Below are positions 9,300 to 17,224 of a DNA stretch of 43,531 bases, piece after piece; the stretch's first letter is position 1, and each line of letters opens with the position of its first letter. The stretch is from positions 1 to 43,531 of the IMG/VR virus record IMGVR_UViG_3300048861_000070, one strand, 5' to 3'. A model generated the notes under the pieces. It saw only the letters and a list, made by a program, of their open reading frames with translations. It ran no database searches and had not been told where the DNA came from. The DNA is from a virus. Taxonomy: Duplodnaviria; Caudoviricetes. The position numbers were made by a program, and so were the translations under genes.

Positions 9300-10420
9300 G
9301 CCATTTTCTCCTTAGTAATCATCTCCACCACTGCCGCATTATGCCCCTTCAGGTTCATCTTGCGGCCACCGTACTGGCTGGTAGTTCTAATGTCGGCATG
9401 CCTCATAAGCCGCTGCTGGACTTCCATTGGCAACTCAAGATCGCGCATCATCGCCCTGTAGGTGTGTCTGAATGAATGCCAGCCGAGGCGGGGAAGCCCT
9501 ACCTGTGTTCCAGCCGGTTTGAGATACCTGACTTGTAATGAATCACGGTGATAAGGCCTAGACGTTACCGGGCTGCAGAAGAGCCACCCACTAGTCATAA
9601 GCACTTCATCTTGCCATCGCCACATCCTTAGAGCGGCCACAAGGCTGTCATGCAGGGGCAGGTCGTCATTAGAGGCCACCGTCTTGGTCATATCGGCATG
9701 CATGCCCACAACCGAGCGGTTGACGGTCAGAATGCCTTTCTCCAGGTCGATATCCTCCCATCGCAGGCCGAGGATCTCTGAGGCTCTAAGTCCTAAATAC
9801 ATGGCAAGCTGGACCATCATGCCAACGTGGGGCGGGACAATGGCGAGGATCTGGTGATACTGCTCAACCGATACGATCGTCTGCTGGCGTGTCGGCATGG
9901 GCCTTCCCTTGACCCTCAGCAGGCCGATAGGGTTCCTTTGGAGCTCTAGTCCTCCCCACCGCATGATGCTCTCAAACAGGACGTGAAGCTGTGCCTTGAC
10001 GTGCTGGCGAGTCTTCTTCGACAACTGGCCGCCTGTTTTCTTCTCCAGGCCGTTCAGCCACATCTCTACCTCAACCAGATCCCGCACCATCGTGGCAGCG
10101 GCTACCTTGCCCCAGCGGGTACGGATGTGCGCGAGGTTCGACATGCAGGAGCGACGGGTGCTCTCGCGGGTTGGCATGTCCTCGATCATGTAACGCTCGA
10201 TCGCCTCAGCAATATTTAGGGATCGGCTGAGAGATGCCACCTGTCCACGGTGCTTGTCGGCTTCCTTTTCGGCCAAAGCCTTGGTAGGGAACTGCTTCGT
10301 ATCCCCGAGGATGATGGACCGGCGCATGTTGCCTTCTGTGAATCGGAAGGTCCACACGTCAGGCCCATTTGCCCTTTCCTTGAGCACTACGCTGCCACGT
10401 TGATACGTCTTTCTTCGCAT
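9296..10420 (-). CDS. int: Tyrosine integrase
   Basis: Catalytic motifs GLRASE (R), TKT (K), HSFRH, RHA and SQY (Y). N-terminal arm-binding segment YQRGSV...WTFRF. Adjacent to attP. Confidence 0.96.
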   Translation of the reverse strand: MRRKTYQRGSVVLKERANGPDVWTFRFTEGNMRRSIILGDTKQFPTKALAEKEADKHRGQVASLSRSLNIAEAIERYMIEDMPTRESTRRSCMSNLAHIRTRWGKVAAATMVRDLVEVEMWLNGLEKKTGGQLSKKTRQHVKAQLHVLFESIMRWGGLELQRNPIGLLRVKGRPMPTRQQTIVSVEQYHQILAIVPPHVGMMVQLAMYLGLRASEILGLRWEDIDLEKGILTVNRSVVGMHADMTKTVASNDDLPLHDSLVAALRMWRWQDEVLMTSGWLFCSPVTSRPYHRDSLQVRYLKPAGTQVGLPRLGWHSFRHTYRAMMRDLELPMEVQQRLMRHADIRTTSQYGGRKMNLKGHNAAVVEMITKEKMA

Positions 10421-10960
10421 TTAGGCAATCCTCGCGAACTCGCCATGCATTCTCTCGGCAGCATCGCAATAAGCTGCATGAGCGAGTTCTTTAGTGTCGT
10501 ACCGTCCAATATGAATCTGTTTTCTATTGTGCGTTATAACGACCAACCATCGATTGGTGAACTTATCGAAAGAAACTCCCTTTAGGCCGCTGGAGTTGTT
10601 CTTACGGATTCTAGTGTTTCTTACGTTCTGGCCAAAGTCAGCAATGCGGAGATTCGCTCTGCGATTATCTAGCGTATTCGCATTGATGTGGTCGCCGAGC
10701 AAGATGGAGTCAAAGGAAAGTCCCAGGAGGAGCCGATGAAGCTTGAGGATTGATCTTTCTCCATCTGACCCATTCTTGTAGACATTGGTATGCGCATAGA
10801 AAAGATCAGTCGGCATCTTCCCATGAGCGAACCAGTTGAACTTGCCGACTATCGCGGCGTCTGACGAGTCTATGAGAGCATGCATCCCCCTGGTCAGAGG
10901 AACATAAGCTATAGAGGGACCAATGACATGGATTATGGCGCGTACCGGTATCATGCTCAT
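10421..10960 (-). CDS. HNH-AP2 homing endonuclease
   Basis: LHRLL...DHINANTLDNRRANLR (HNH) followed by SSGLKGVS...W...IHIGRYDTKELAHAAY (AP2). Confidence 0.93.
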   Translation of the reverse strand: MSMIPVRAIIHVIGPSIAYVPLTRGMHALIDSSDAAIVGKFNWFAHGKMPTDLFYAHTNVYKNGSDGERSILKLHRLLLGLSFDSILLGDHINANTLDNRRANLRIADFGQNVRNTRIRKNNSSGLKGVSFDKFTNRWLVVITHNRKQIHIGRYDTKELAHAAYCDAAERMHGEFARIA

Positions 10961-11163
10961 GCCGTCTCAGCCATCCTCTTGTCAATCTCAGAGATCCTGA
11001 ACCGCCAATACTGCCGCTTGCCGTACCCGCAATTTCGAGCTGGTATCTGGCCCCGTCGTGCCATCTTCACTACGTGGTCAGGAGAGAATCCTAAATGCCT
11101 AGCGACCTCCTTGGCATCTACCCATCTCTCTTCTGCCGGCCTTATTTCCTGTACGTCACCCAT
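10957..11163 (-). CDS. xis: Excisionase-like helix-turn-helix protein
   Basis: WVDAKEVARHLGFSPDHVVKMARRGQIPA...WRFRISEID; upstream of int. Confidence 0.85.
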   Translation of the reverse strand: MGDVQEIRPAEERWVDAKEVARHLGFSPDHVVKMARRGQIPARNCGYGKRQYWRFRISEIDKRMAETA

Positions 11164-11417
11164 TACTTATCCCCTTTCAACCGCTCAATCTCAGCTTTCA
11201 GCTCTTCGTTCTCGGTTTCGAGTGCCTTAACCGTTTCCTTCAGCACAATGTTCTCGCGTAACGTACCGGCAGGATCGGCTTCGGTGGCTACATCGTGTAG
11301 GAGGACCATGAGTTTTTGGTAATCCTCGTACAGGACGAATTCCCCATCCCCGCTGACGTGCTCATCCCGCGCATCCCATCTGTCGACCCTCTCTGGATCA
11401 AATGTCTCGCTCATCAC
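11163..11417 (-). CDS. Hypothetical protein with coiled-coil C-terminus
   Basis: GEFVLYEDY motif common in phage accessory proteins; coupled to neighbours. Confidence 0.65.
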   Translation of the reverse strand: MMSETFDPERVDRWDARDEHVSGDGEFVLYEDYQKLMVLLHDVATEADPAGTLRENIVLKETVKALETENEELKAEIERLKGDK

Positions 11418-11708
11418 TCACCCCTCAATTCTTCCCCGTGTTGTCCGAGAAGCTTAGATAATGCTTCGTCAGGAGTATTTCCGGTCGAAATCCAAGAGGG
11501 ACGATCTTCCCAAAAGTACATGCAGGCAACGTCGTCTCCTAGAGGTCCGTCATCCTGTTCGGCCATACTGAGTACGTTATTCTCGTCTGCGCTGGAAACG
11601 GCAAACCAAAGGGCTCCGCTGTAAGTTCCAGAGTACCGATCTTGAAATATAGCTACCGGATATAGTGCGTTTGGTATCACTGCCATCACTCACCCCTCAA
11701 TTCTTCCC
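11412..11708. repeat. 25-bp direct repeat CATCACTCACCCCTCAATTCTTCCC at 11412-11436 and 11684-11708
   Basis: Exact match. Each copy encodes EELRGE-stop plus the RBS and next start. Confidence 0.92.
11414..11689 (-). CDS. Hypothetical protein, 91 aa
   Basis: YPVAIFQDRYSGTYSGALW...GNTPDEAL; bracketed by the 25-bp repeat. Confidence 0.7.
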   Translation of the reverse strand: MMAVIPNALYPVAIFQDRYSGTYSGALWFAVSSADENNVLSMAEQDDGPLGDDVACMYFWEDRPSWISTGNTPDEALSKLLGQHGEELRGE

Positions 11709-12138
11709 ACGGTTGCCCCATAAACATTGCTCTCTCAGCCAATCTGCGGCGCGTCAAGCCATCTATAACTTTTCCGTTTACGTGATTCCACCTGGGGAAT
11801 TCATCAGCGGCGCCTTCATAGTCGCCTGCCTTCAACTTTCTATATAGCTTGGACTTAATTAGAGATCCGAAGCCGAGATTGAACACGAAGTCCACCAAGG
11901 CATCGAACTGGGTTTGCGTGATAGGCACCTTGACAATGCGGTTGACATGAGACACTGCGTCCGCCAAATCTTCACATATCCATGCCTCTGCCTGTTCATG
12001 AGTGCAGGTGTCGCCCTCTTTCACCCCCAGCGTTGACCCGTACCCGATCGTCCAGACTCCTCCCTGATCCTGGTAAGCCTTCAGTCGGCAGCCTTCGAAG
12101 TGCTTCGTGAGTTTCAATCCCTCTTCGCTGTATGTCAT
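11686..12138 (-). CDS. Endolysin, GH24 (T4/P21-type) lysozyme
   Basis: FEGCRLKAYQDQGGVWTIGYG gives the E-x8-D-x5-T triad; also QFDALVDFVFNLG and GLTRRRLAER. Confidence 0.96.
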   Translation of the reverse strand: MTYSEEGLKLTKHFEGCRLKAYQDQGGVWTIGYGSTLGVKEGDTCTHEQAEAWICEDLADAVSHVNRIVKVPITQTQFDALVDFVFNLGFGSLIKSKLYRKLKAGDYEGAADEFPRWNHVNGKVIDGLTRRRLAERAMFMGQPWEELRGE

Positions 12139-12413
12139 CCTGCTATCCTTTCCCGATGCGCCCGGTCTACCTGCACTGCCATCAATACGGAGGCTTCTGG
12201 GTGGTTCAATTCCTGCTGCCGGATCTGAAGACCTCTGTTGGAAAGATGAAGCAATACCGGAACCTTGATTCTGTCCGCGAGATCATGCGGAGAGGCAATG
12301 CCAGTGCTCAGGCTTTCATTGACTTTGACCGAGACATCAAACGCTGGGGAGTAGGATCGGCTTGGCTTAGTCTGGATGAGGGGCAGTGGAAACGGCTGAA
12401 AGGTTGAGGTCAT
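12135..12413 (-). CDS. Possible bridging ORF, antisense to 12156..12407
   Basis: ATGA overlaps at both ends with flanking minus-strand genes; no recognisable domain. Confidence 0.3.
   Translation of the reverse strand: MTSTFQPFPLPLIQTKPSRSYSPAFDVSVKVNESLSTGIASPHDLADRIKVPVLLHLSNRGLQIRQQELNHPEASVLMAVQVDRAHRERIAG
12156..12407 (+). CDS. Small antisense-oriented gene, 83 aa, probably leaderless
   Basis: TGcTATCCT extended -10 at 12141-12149 and ATG at 12156. The FLLPDLKT...RRG...G.G..WL.L...Q..RL pattern resembles a family I recall from Acidobacteria mobile elements. Confidence 0.65.
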   Translation: MRPVYLHCHQYGGFWVVQFLLPDLKTSVGKMKQYRNLDSVREIMRRGNASAQAFIDFDRDIKRWGVGSAWLSLDEGQWKRLKG

Positions 12414-12604
12414 TGGCCGCTCTCCTTGCGTGCCTCGTTTATAAAGAAGAAGCTATCCACATCGGTGTAAGCGGCAGCCAGTTCCAACGCCCTCTTTGTA
12501 TCCCGCAGTTCGGCTTCGAGCTTGGTTACTTCACCTTCAAGGGCAATGGCTGATTTCTTCCATTGCTCTCCAGTAACCACATACGGTTTGGATGGGGTAG
12601 TCAT
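12410..12604 (-). CDS. Hypothetical coiled-coil protein, 64 aa
   Basis: RBS GAAGGAG; ATGA coupling. Confidence 0.6.
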   Translation of the reverse strand: MTTPSKPYVVTGEQWKKSAIALEGEVTKLEAELRDTKRALELAAAYTDVDSFFFINEARKESGQ

Positions 12605-12753
12605 CGTGTCTCTCCTTCAAAGAAATCCGGCCTTCTCATTCGCAAGAGCCGCATACACGTTGAACATCGTGGATGGTATGCAGGGCGAGTCGCAAGGCAA
12701 CCGAAGCACCACGTTTCCTTCTGATAGCCTCTAGGCCCGAACAGAAAGGTCAT
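12601..12753 (-). CDS. Small CxxC-CxxC protein, 50 aa (not in track)
   Basis: MTFLFGPRGYQKETWCFGCLATRPAYHPRCSTCMRLLRMRRPDFFEGETR; ATGA overlaps at both ends. Confidence 0.6.
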   Translation of the reverse strand: MTFLFGPRGYQKETWCFGCLATRPAYHPRCSTCMRLLRMRRPDFFEGETR

Positions 12754-13652
12754 ATCTGCCCCTTTAGTTCAATCTCCACATAGTAAGGCTGGCTAAGAGC
12801 CTCGTTGTGCATCAGGTACTCCCTCTGGCCTGTTACAAGGGTGCGGACTCCCAACACATCGGGCCTGCCGTGTACCTTGTGCCAGCTACGGGCTTTTACG
12901 GTGTCTTCCTTGGGTTGGGCAGACTCCAGTTCGGCGATACGGGCTATAGCCCTCTCTGCCTCATTCCTGAAGTTATCTCTAGCCTGCAGCATCTGAGAGA
13001 AAGCCCCTGATTCACCCTTCAGCAATTTCTCCATCTCCGCGATCCTCTGTAGCAAGGGGGCCTGTGCGGCGGACCATGCTGCCTTTGCTACTCCTTTCCA
13101 ACCAATAGCCGAGAATCCTTGAGGGTGCGGTATGTAACCCTTCCAGAATTCCTTGAACCCATCAGCCTGTGGAGCGGGTTTGGGTTCACGCCACTGCTCG
13201 ACTTGAATAACGCTCCATCCGCCATCAGACAAGTTTTCGACATCGGCCTCGAATTCCTCGAAATAGGCAGGATGCGAGGCTTTAACTGTAACCATGTACT
13301 GCCGCTGCTCATCACCCTGCGCTGGGGCGATAGGGGCGGAAACGTTGTGTGGAGCGGGTTTGGGTTCCCCGTGTATCGGGCATGAAGGGTTAGTATTCAA
13401 TTTGCCTTCTATCCACTCGCAATGTCCGCAAACACATTTCCCTACCGGCTCCGTTGTGTCGATATGCGCTGGTGAGGGAACAGCCATACGTCCAAATCCA
13501 AGCTCATCAAATTCTTGAATTGACACGCACATACCGCCATTCGAGCAACGTTCATATGGGTTTCTGTTCATATCTCGGCTGCAATGAGCACAGGTAGATT
13601 CGCGTGGCTGTGCCTCTGGCTTAGGGGGAGCGGATTCAATTGGCTTATTCAT
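12750..13652 (-). CDS. Mosaic hypothetical protein, ~300 aa, with Cys-rich modules and Pro-rich linkers
   Basis: Likely start MNKPIES at 13652. CAHC, CVC..C and CPIHG motifs; EPKPAP occurs twice. Confidence 0.65.
   Translation of the reverse strand: MNKPIESAPPKPEAQPRESTCAHCSRDMNRNPYERCSNGGMCVSIQEFDELGFGRMAVPSPAHIDTTEPVGKCVCGHCEWIEGKLNTNPSCPIHGEPKPAPHNVSAPIAPAQGDEQRQYMVTVKASHPAYFEEFEADVENLSDGGWSVIQVEQWREPKPAPQADGFKEFWKGYIPHPQGFSAIGWKGVAKAAWSAAQAPLLQRIAEMEKLLKGESGAFSQMLQARDNFRNEAERAIARIAELESAQPKEDTVKARSWHKVHGRPDVLGVRTLVTGQREYLMHNEALSQPYYVEIELKGQI
13168..13367. repeat. 20-bp direct repeat TGTGGAGCGGGTTTGGGTTC at 13168-13187 and 13348-13367
   Basis: Exact match with a 180-bp (in-frame) period. 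Confidence 0.9.
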
Positions 13653-13881
13653 CGAAAAAGCCTTTGTTGTAGTTCTGCATGAGTTCCCGTATAGCTGCCG
13701 CGAACTGCGTACTGGCAGGCCCATGGATGCTAACGTTCGATCCTTCTGCATCCATATAGGCATCGTTTACCTCAACGTGAATCAATGCCCATTTTCGCCG
13801 TTCCGCTTCGGCATGCTGCTCTTTTGAATACCGCCCTAACGTTCGAGGCCGCTTAGTCTTTTTAGCCACTTGTTCGCTCAT
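13645..13881 (-). CDS. Hypothetical protein, 78 aa
   Basis: Tight packing in the leftward operon. Confidence 0.6.
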   Translation of the reverse strand: MSEQVAKKTKRPRTLGRYSKEQHAEAERRKWALIHVEVNDAYMDAEGSNVSIHGPASTQFAAAIRELMQNYNKGFFDE

Positions 13882-13885
13882 ACCC

Positions 13886-14452
13886 CTACTCTCCCGTTAC
13901 CGCTGCCTTGACTACTACCGCTTCTATTTCCTTGAACAGGTCAAGCCGCAGGGAAATCCTTATATGGCCATCCCCGAATCCTGATGCAGTGCTCAAATAA
14001 ACCCGGTTCACCAAATCTCTAAGCCGCCCCTCACGCTCTAGAGAAGCCTTTAGCTGGTCGGTGCGTTGTCGCAACGCTTCTGCCACAGGAACCGCGCCTA
14101 GACCAAACGTGTCTTCAATCGGGGGTAACTTCACCGTCGGCAGCCCATCCCCGGCCTCGACCTTGGCAGGCTCCGCATAGTTGTCGTCCATTCTTGGATC
14201 AGCAAAGACCGCCGCAAACTTGCCATCGAATATCTCAGAGAACGTATCCTCCCCCTCTTTGGGGGCAGGCTCTTCAGTGGCAGGGAGGCGATGTATAGCG
14301 TCTTCTATGGCTAATTCACGAGAAGCCCCATACCCGATCTCCTCTTTGTGGTCGGGCCGTGAATATACTACCCAATAGGGATCGGTAGCCTTAGGGTGTC
14401 TTATGCTGCAATCACTCCATACTTCTAACAACCTCGCTTCACTCGCCTTCAT
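13886..14452 (-). CDS. Hypothetical protein, 188 aa
   Basis: RBS GAGGAGAG; tight packing. Confidence 0.65.
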   Translation of the reverse strand: MKASEARLLEVWSDCSIRHPKATDPYWVVYSRPDHKEEIGYGASRELAIEDAIHRLPATEEPAPKEGEDTFSEIFDGKFAAVFADPRMDDNYAEPAKVEAGDGLPTVKLPPIEDTFGLGAVPVAEALRQRTDQLKASLEREGRLRDLVNRVYLSTASGFGDGHIRISLRLDLFKEIEAVVVKAAVTGE

Positions 14453-14499
14453 TCACTCTCTCCTCTACCGCTTAGGTTCTGGTTCAGGTGGGGCTGGGA

Positions 14500-14739
14500 C
14501 TACCTGATCTGAATCTCTCCGCCATCGCATCCGTAAATCATTTGATCTGGCGTGTAAGTGGTTACGTACTTCCCGCTGGTAGAGATTCCTCCACCCAGCT
14601 GGCCCTGCTTCTTGCCTATAGGATGGCAGTGGTGTTCAGCCGCATATTGCTGCCACTGTTTTTCGTTTTGGACCATCGCCCACATCATCAACGCGAACAC
14701 TGCCACGAAAGCTACCATCAGCCACTTCATTTTTCTCAT
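14500..14739 (-). CDS. Small membrane-anchored or secreted protein
   Basis: MRKMKWLMVAFVAVFALMMWA hydrophobic N-terminus; W.QY...HHC...Y.CDGG Cys pair. Confidence 0.7.
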   Translation of the reverse strand: MRKMKWLMVAFVAVFALMMWAMVQNEKQWQQYAAEHHCHPIGKKQGQLGGGISTSGKYVTTYTPDQMIYGCDGGEIQIR

Positions 14740-14756
14740 CTCCCCCATCTGTTGAG

Positions 14757-14873
14757 TTACCGCCCTCCGAACTTTGCTTCGCCAATGGCATTACCGACTG
14801 CATCCTTCAACTTCTCGTACCAAGGCTTCTTCGGCTGCTTCTCTGCGGGTTTCTGCTTCGTATCGTCTGCCAT
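14757..14873 (-). CDS. Small protein, 38 aa (not in track)
   Basis: RBS AGAGGAG; MADDTKQKPAEKQPKKPWYEKLKDAVGNAIGEAKFGGR; its stop TAA lies within the repeat. Confidence 0.65.
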   Translation of the reverse strand: MADDTKQKPAEKQPKKPWYEKLKDAVGNAIGEAKFGGR

Positions 14874-14898
14874 CTCATCTCCTCTTTCTGTTGAGTTA

Positions 14899-14987
14899 TA
14901 GGTTCTGGTGCTGCATTCACCCTGTCAGCACAGGATCAGTAAATACGGCTGATGTACAAACTGACTTTGAATGCAGCCCACAACCTA
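14899..14987 (-). other. 89-nt imperfect palindrome (structured RNA or ssDNA hairpin)
   Basis: Nested pairings TAGGTT/AACCTA, TGG/CCA, GCTGCATTCA/TGAATGCAGC, GTCAG/CTGAC and ATCAG/CTGAT. Confidence 0.75.
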
Positions 14988-15037
14988 CATCTGTTGAGTT
15001 ACACCCAGCTACTTGACTTCAGCCTTGGCCTTTGAAG

Positions 15038-15631
15038 TCAGCAAGAGCACGTGAAGAATGAACCGCGAAACTCTGCTTCTACGGTTTCACCAGTTACAGC
15101 TTCGTAGTGTGGCCAGAACTCATCAGGAACATACTCATCTTCTAAAAGTCCGCCGAAGCACAGATATTCTCCCCAGCCGCCGCTCCTTTTTGTTTCGTAG
15201 TAATCCTTCGCTCCGTCCATGAGGACCTGATATTTCAACCCAACACGTGCGGCAAAATCCCTAATCCATCGTTCGGAGATGCTCTTAGAATCGGTTTCGA
15301 TCTCTTCTACGGCATACTCTGCTTCTGGAAAATCAGGGTGAGCCCATACATGCCGCAAGGATGTTATCTGGCGCGGATAGACCAATAGCCAGAATCTCTC
15401 CCCAGCCATAACGTCTTTCTTCAAGAACGGATCGACGATGCCTACATTGCGCTCGGTCGCAGCAAATCCTCCGTTTACGAATCCAACATCCTGCCCTGGC
15501 TTCAAACGTTCTGCCGCAACTGCTGGTTCAACTGCCAAGTGAATAGCATCCCGCTTTTCGCCTTCGCCAATAATCGTGCCGAGAGTCGCCAGCGCATCCG
15601 TGTGAACACTTCGCTTTTCTGCCTCGCTCAT
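15038..15631 (-). CDS. Conserved phage hypothetical protein, ~197 aa
   Basis: RDAIHLAV...GIVDPFL...FWLLVYP..ITSLRHVWAHP...FFTCSC; likely start MSEAEK after GGGAGAAAGAA. Confidence 0.8.
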   Translation of the reverse strand: MSEAEKRSVHTDALATLGTIIGEGEKRDAIHLAVEPAVAAERLKPGQDVGFVNGGFAATERNVGIVDPFLKKDVMAGERFWLLVYPRQITSLRHVWAHPDFPEAEYAVEEIETDSKSISERWIRDFAARVGLKYQVLMDGAKDYYETKRSGGWGEYLCFGGLLEDEYVPDEFWPHYEAVTGETVEAEFRGSFFTCSC

Positions 15632-15666
15632 TTCTTTCTCCCTTTCAAAATCTCTTTCATCTGCTG

Positions 15667-15825
15667 CTAATGAATCACTAACGTCTTCGGCCTCTTCTGC
15701 CACATCTGCTCAAGTTCTTCATCGGTGACCTCGGGAACAGCCTCATTCAAGTACTCGAATGCTTCCTCTTTCCCATGGCCCCATAGGCGAACTATGACTT
15801 GTACTGCTTCAATGGGTATGCTCAT
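15667..15825 (-). CDS. Small protein, 52 aa (not in track)
   Basis: MSIPIEAVQVIVRLWGHGKEEAFEYLNEAVPEVTDEELEQMWQKRPKTLVIH; ATGA overlap with the upstream gene. Confidence 0.55.
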   Translation of the reverse strand: MSIPIEAVQVIVRLWGHGKEEAFEYLNEAVPEVTDEELEQMWQKRPKTLVIH

Positions 15826-16250
15826 GCGGCCTCCGGTATATAGATGGACATCCTGTTAGGGTTTGGGCCGCGCTTGCGAGCCATCAGGGATTTCAGAGAA
15901 TGCCGCAGATGCTCAACCTCGTAGCCCATGTTTTTGATCCGATCTACACCCGGGGCTAGGTCATCAGGGAAGCTCTTGTGCTTGTCGTAAATAGCCAGCT
16001 TCGACCCGCGGAACTTCTGCAGCGGGTAGATCTCCTCGGCAAGCTGCGCGAAGTCCTGCCATCGGGCTTGCTCTTCCGGCGCCTTCATGAGAACCAGGTC
16101 GAAAGGTTTGGCCGCTAACTGCGCGGCCACCTTTGAGCGATCGTGCTGCACTGTGACCGCATAGCCCCAAACATCCATTTGGGTGCGAAGGACAGATGCG
16201 GTTACTTCATTACCGCAGACGATGAGAATAGTTTTTCTGGGCGGCATCAC
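15822..16250 (-). CDS. Single-domain pseudo-receiver (CheY-like) protein
   Basis: KTILIV...L...GYAV...PFDLVLM receiver pattern. The acidic pocket reads CG and the phospho-Asp position reads K. C-terminal ARKRGP. Confidence 0.7.
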   Translation of the reverse strand: MMPPRKTILIVCGNEVTASVLRTQMDVWGYAVTVQHDRSKVAAQLAAKPFDLVLMKAPEEQARWQDFAQLAEEIYPLQKFRGSKLAIYDKHKSFPDDLAPGVDRIKNMGYEVEHLRHSLKSLMARKRGPNPNRMSIYIPEAA

Positions 16251-17224
16251 TCACCCTCCAGAAGGCCATCGAGCTCGGCAAGGATGTCTTCATCGCTGCT
16301 CTTCAGATGCTTGCGGTTGAACACGTCGCGCTGGACCTGGTCCCATCCGAGGCGAATGAAGCGGGCCTCGATCGGATTGTCTGTCTCGTTCTGCTTCTCG
16401 GGCTCGGTTTGGACCTTCTGCGGCTCTTCCGTCGTCTCCTCTTCCGTTGGGCTCGGCAGCATGTACCCATCGGATACGTTGGCCAGGTCAAGCTTCTGTC
16501 CGGTGGTTTCGGCGGCGACGTCTAGGTCATAGGCCTGCGACATCTCGGCAGAGACGGGCATGTATTTGATGACCTGCAGCAGGACTACCTTCCTCGCATA
16601 GGCCTCCTCATGCTGGAAGCTGTAGTGCTTGGTCCCGACCTTGTTGAAGCGGTCACGGTGGCGCCGAACCTTCTCGATCGGCCAAACCTCAATCACAGGG
16701 AACTCGGCTCCCTTCACCTGACCGACGGCGTAAACGTGAGTCAGCTTCTCGCTCTGCCACTTCTCCTTGTGGTGGATGCGTACCGTGGTCCCACGCTCAT
16801 ACTCGAACTCATCGCCTTCATAGACGGCTCCCGTCCACACGCAGGCGCGGCCGGCACGGTTCACCAGGTCAACCATTCCCTTCCATCCGGGGATGAACTG
16901 GCACTCCTTCACCCATTCGTTGTCTCGTTTCACGTTGTAGGGAACCAGGTACGCTTGGCCAAGCTGTCCGATCTCAAGTCCCAACTGCGCGCTGATGACG
17001 ATCGCGGCAAACACGCTCCTCGGTTCGCACTTCATCAGGTCGGCATTCTGACGGAACGCTGTCAAAGCGATGCGCGCCATGCGGTCTGCCGATAAGTGCT
17101 TGGGGAGGGCTCTCGCAATCTCGGCCTTGTACTTGTCCAACATCTGTGGGACGGTCATCGGTGCGGTCGGCTTATTCTGGACTCCCGTCTCCCTGCGGAG
17201 GACTTCCATGCTTGACTGGCTCAT
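16247..17224 (-). CDS. recT: RecT-family ssDNA-annealing recombinase
   Basis: ALPKHLSADRMARIAL, AQLGLE...GQAYLVPY, QFIPGWKGMVDL and ARKVVL...KYMPVS. Confidence 0.95.
   Translation of the reverse strand: MSQSSMEVLRRETGVQNKPTAPMTVPQMLDKYKAEIARALPKHLSADRMARIALTAFRQNADLMKCEPRSVFAAIVISAQLGLEIGQLGQAYLVPYNVKRDNEWVKECQFIPGWKGMVDLVNRAGRACVWTGAVYEGDEFEYERGTTVRIHHKEKWQSEKLTHVYAVGQVKGAEFPVIEVWPIEKVRRHRDRFNKVGTKHYSFQHEEAYARKVVLLQVIKYMPVSAEMSQAYDLDVAAETTGQKLDLANVSDGYMLPSPTEEETTEEPQKVQTEPEKQNETDNPIEARFIRLGWDQVQRDVFNRKHLKSSDEDILAELDGLLEGE

Larger units (their letters stand above)
14748..15001. repeat. Three copies of TCTGTTGAGTTA at 14748, 14887 and 14990
   Basis: Exact 12-mers (TAACTCAACAGA on the coding strand) at unit boundaries. 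Confidence 0.85.

Noticed and set aside
14748-15001. CRISPR mini-array
   Set aside because: Repeats are only 12 bp with unequal 127- and 91-nt intervals, one interval is an ORF, and there are no cas genes.
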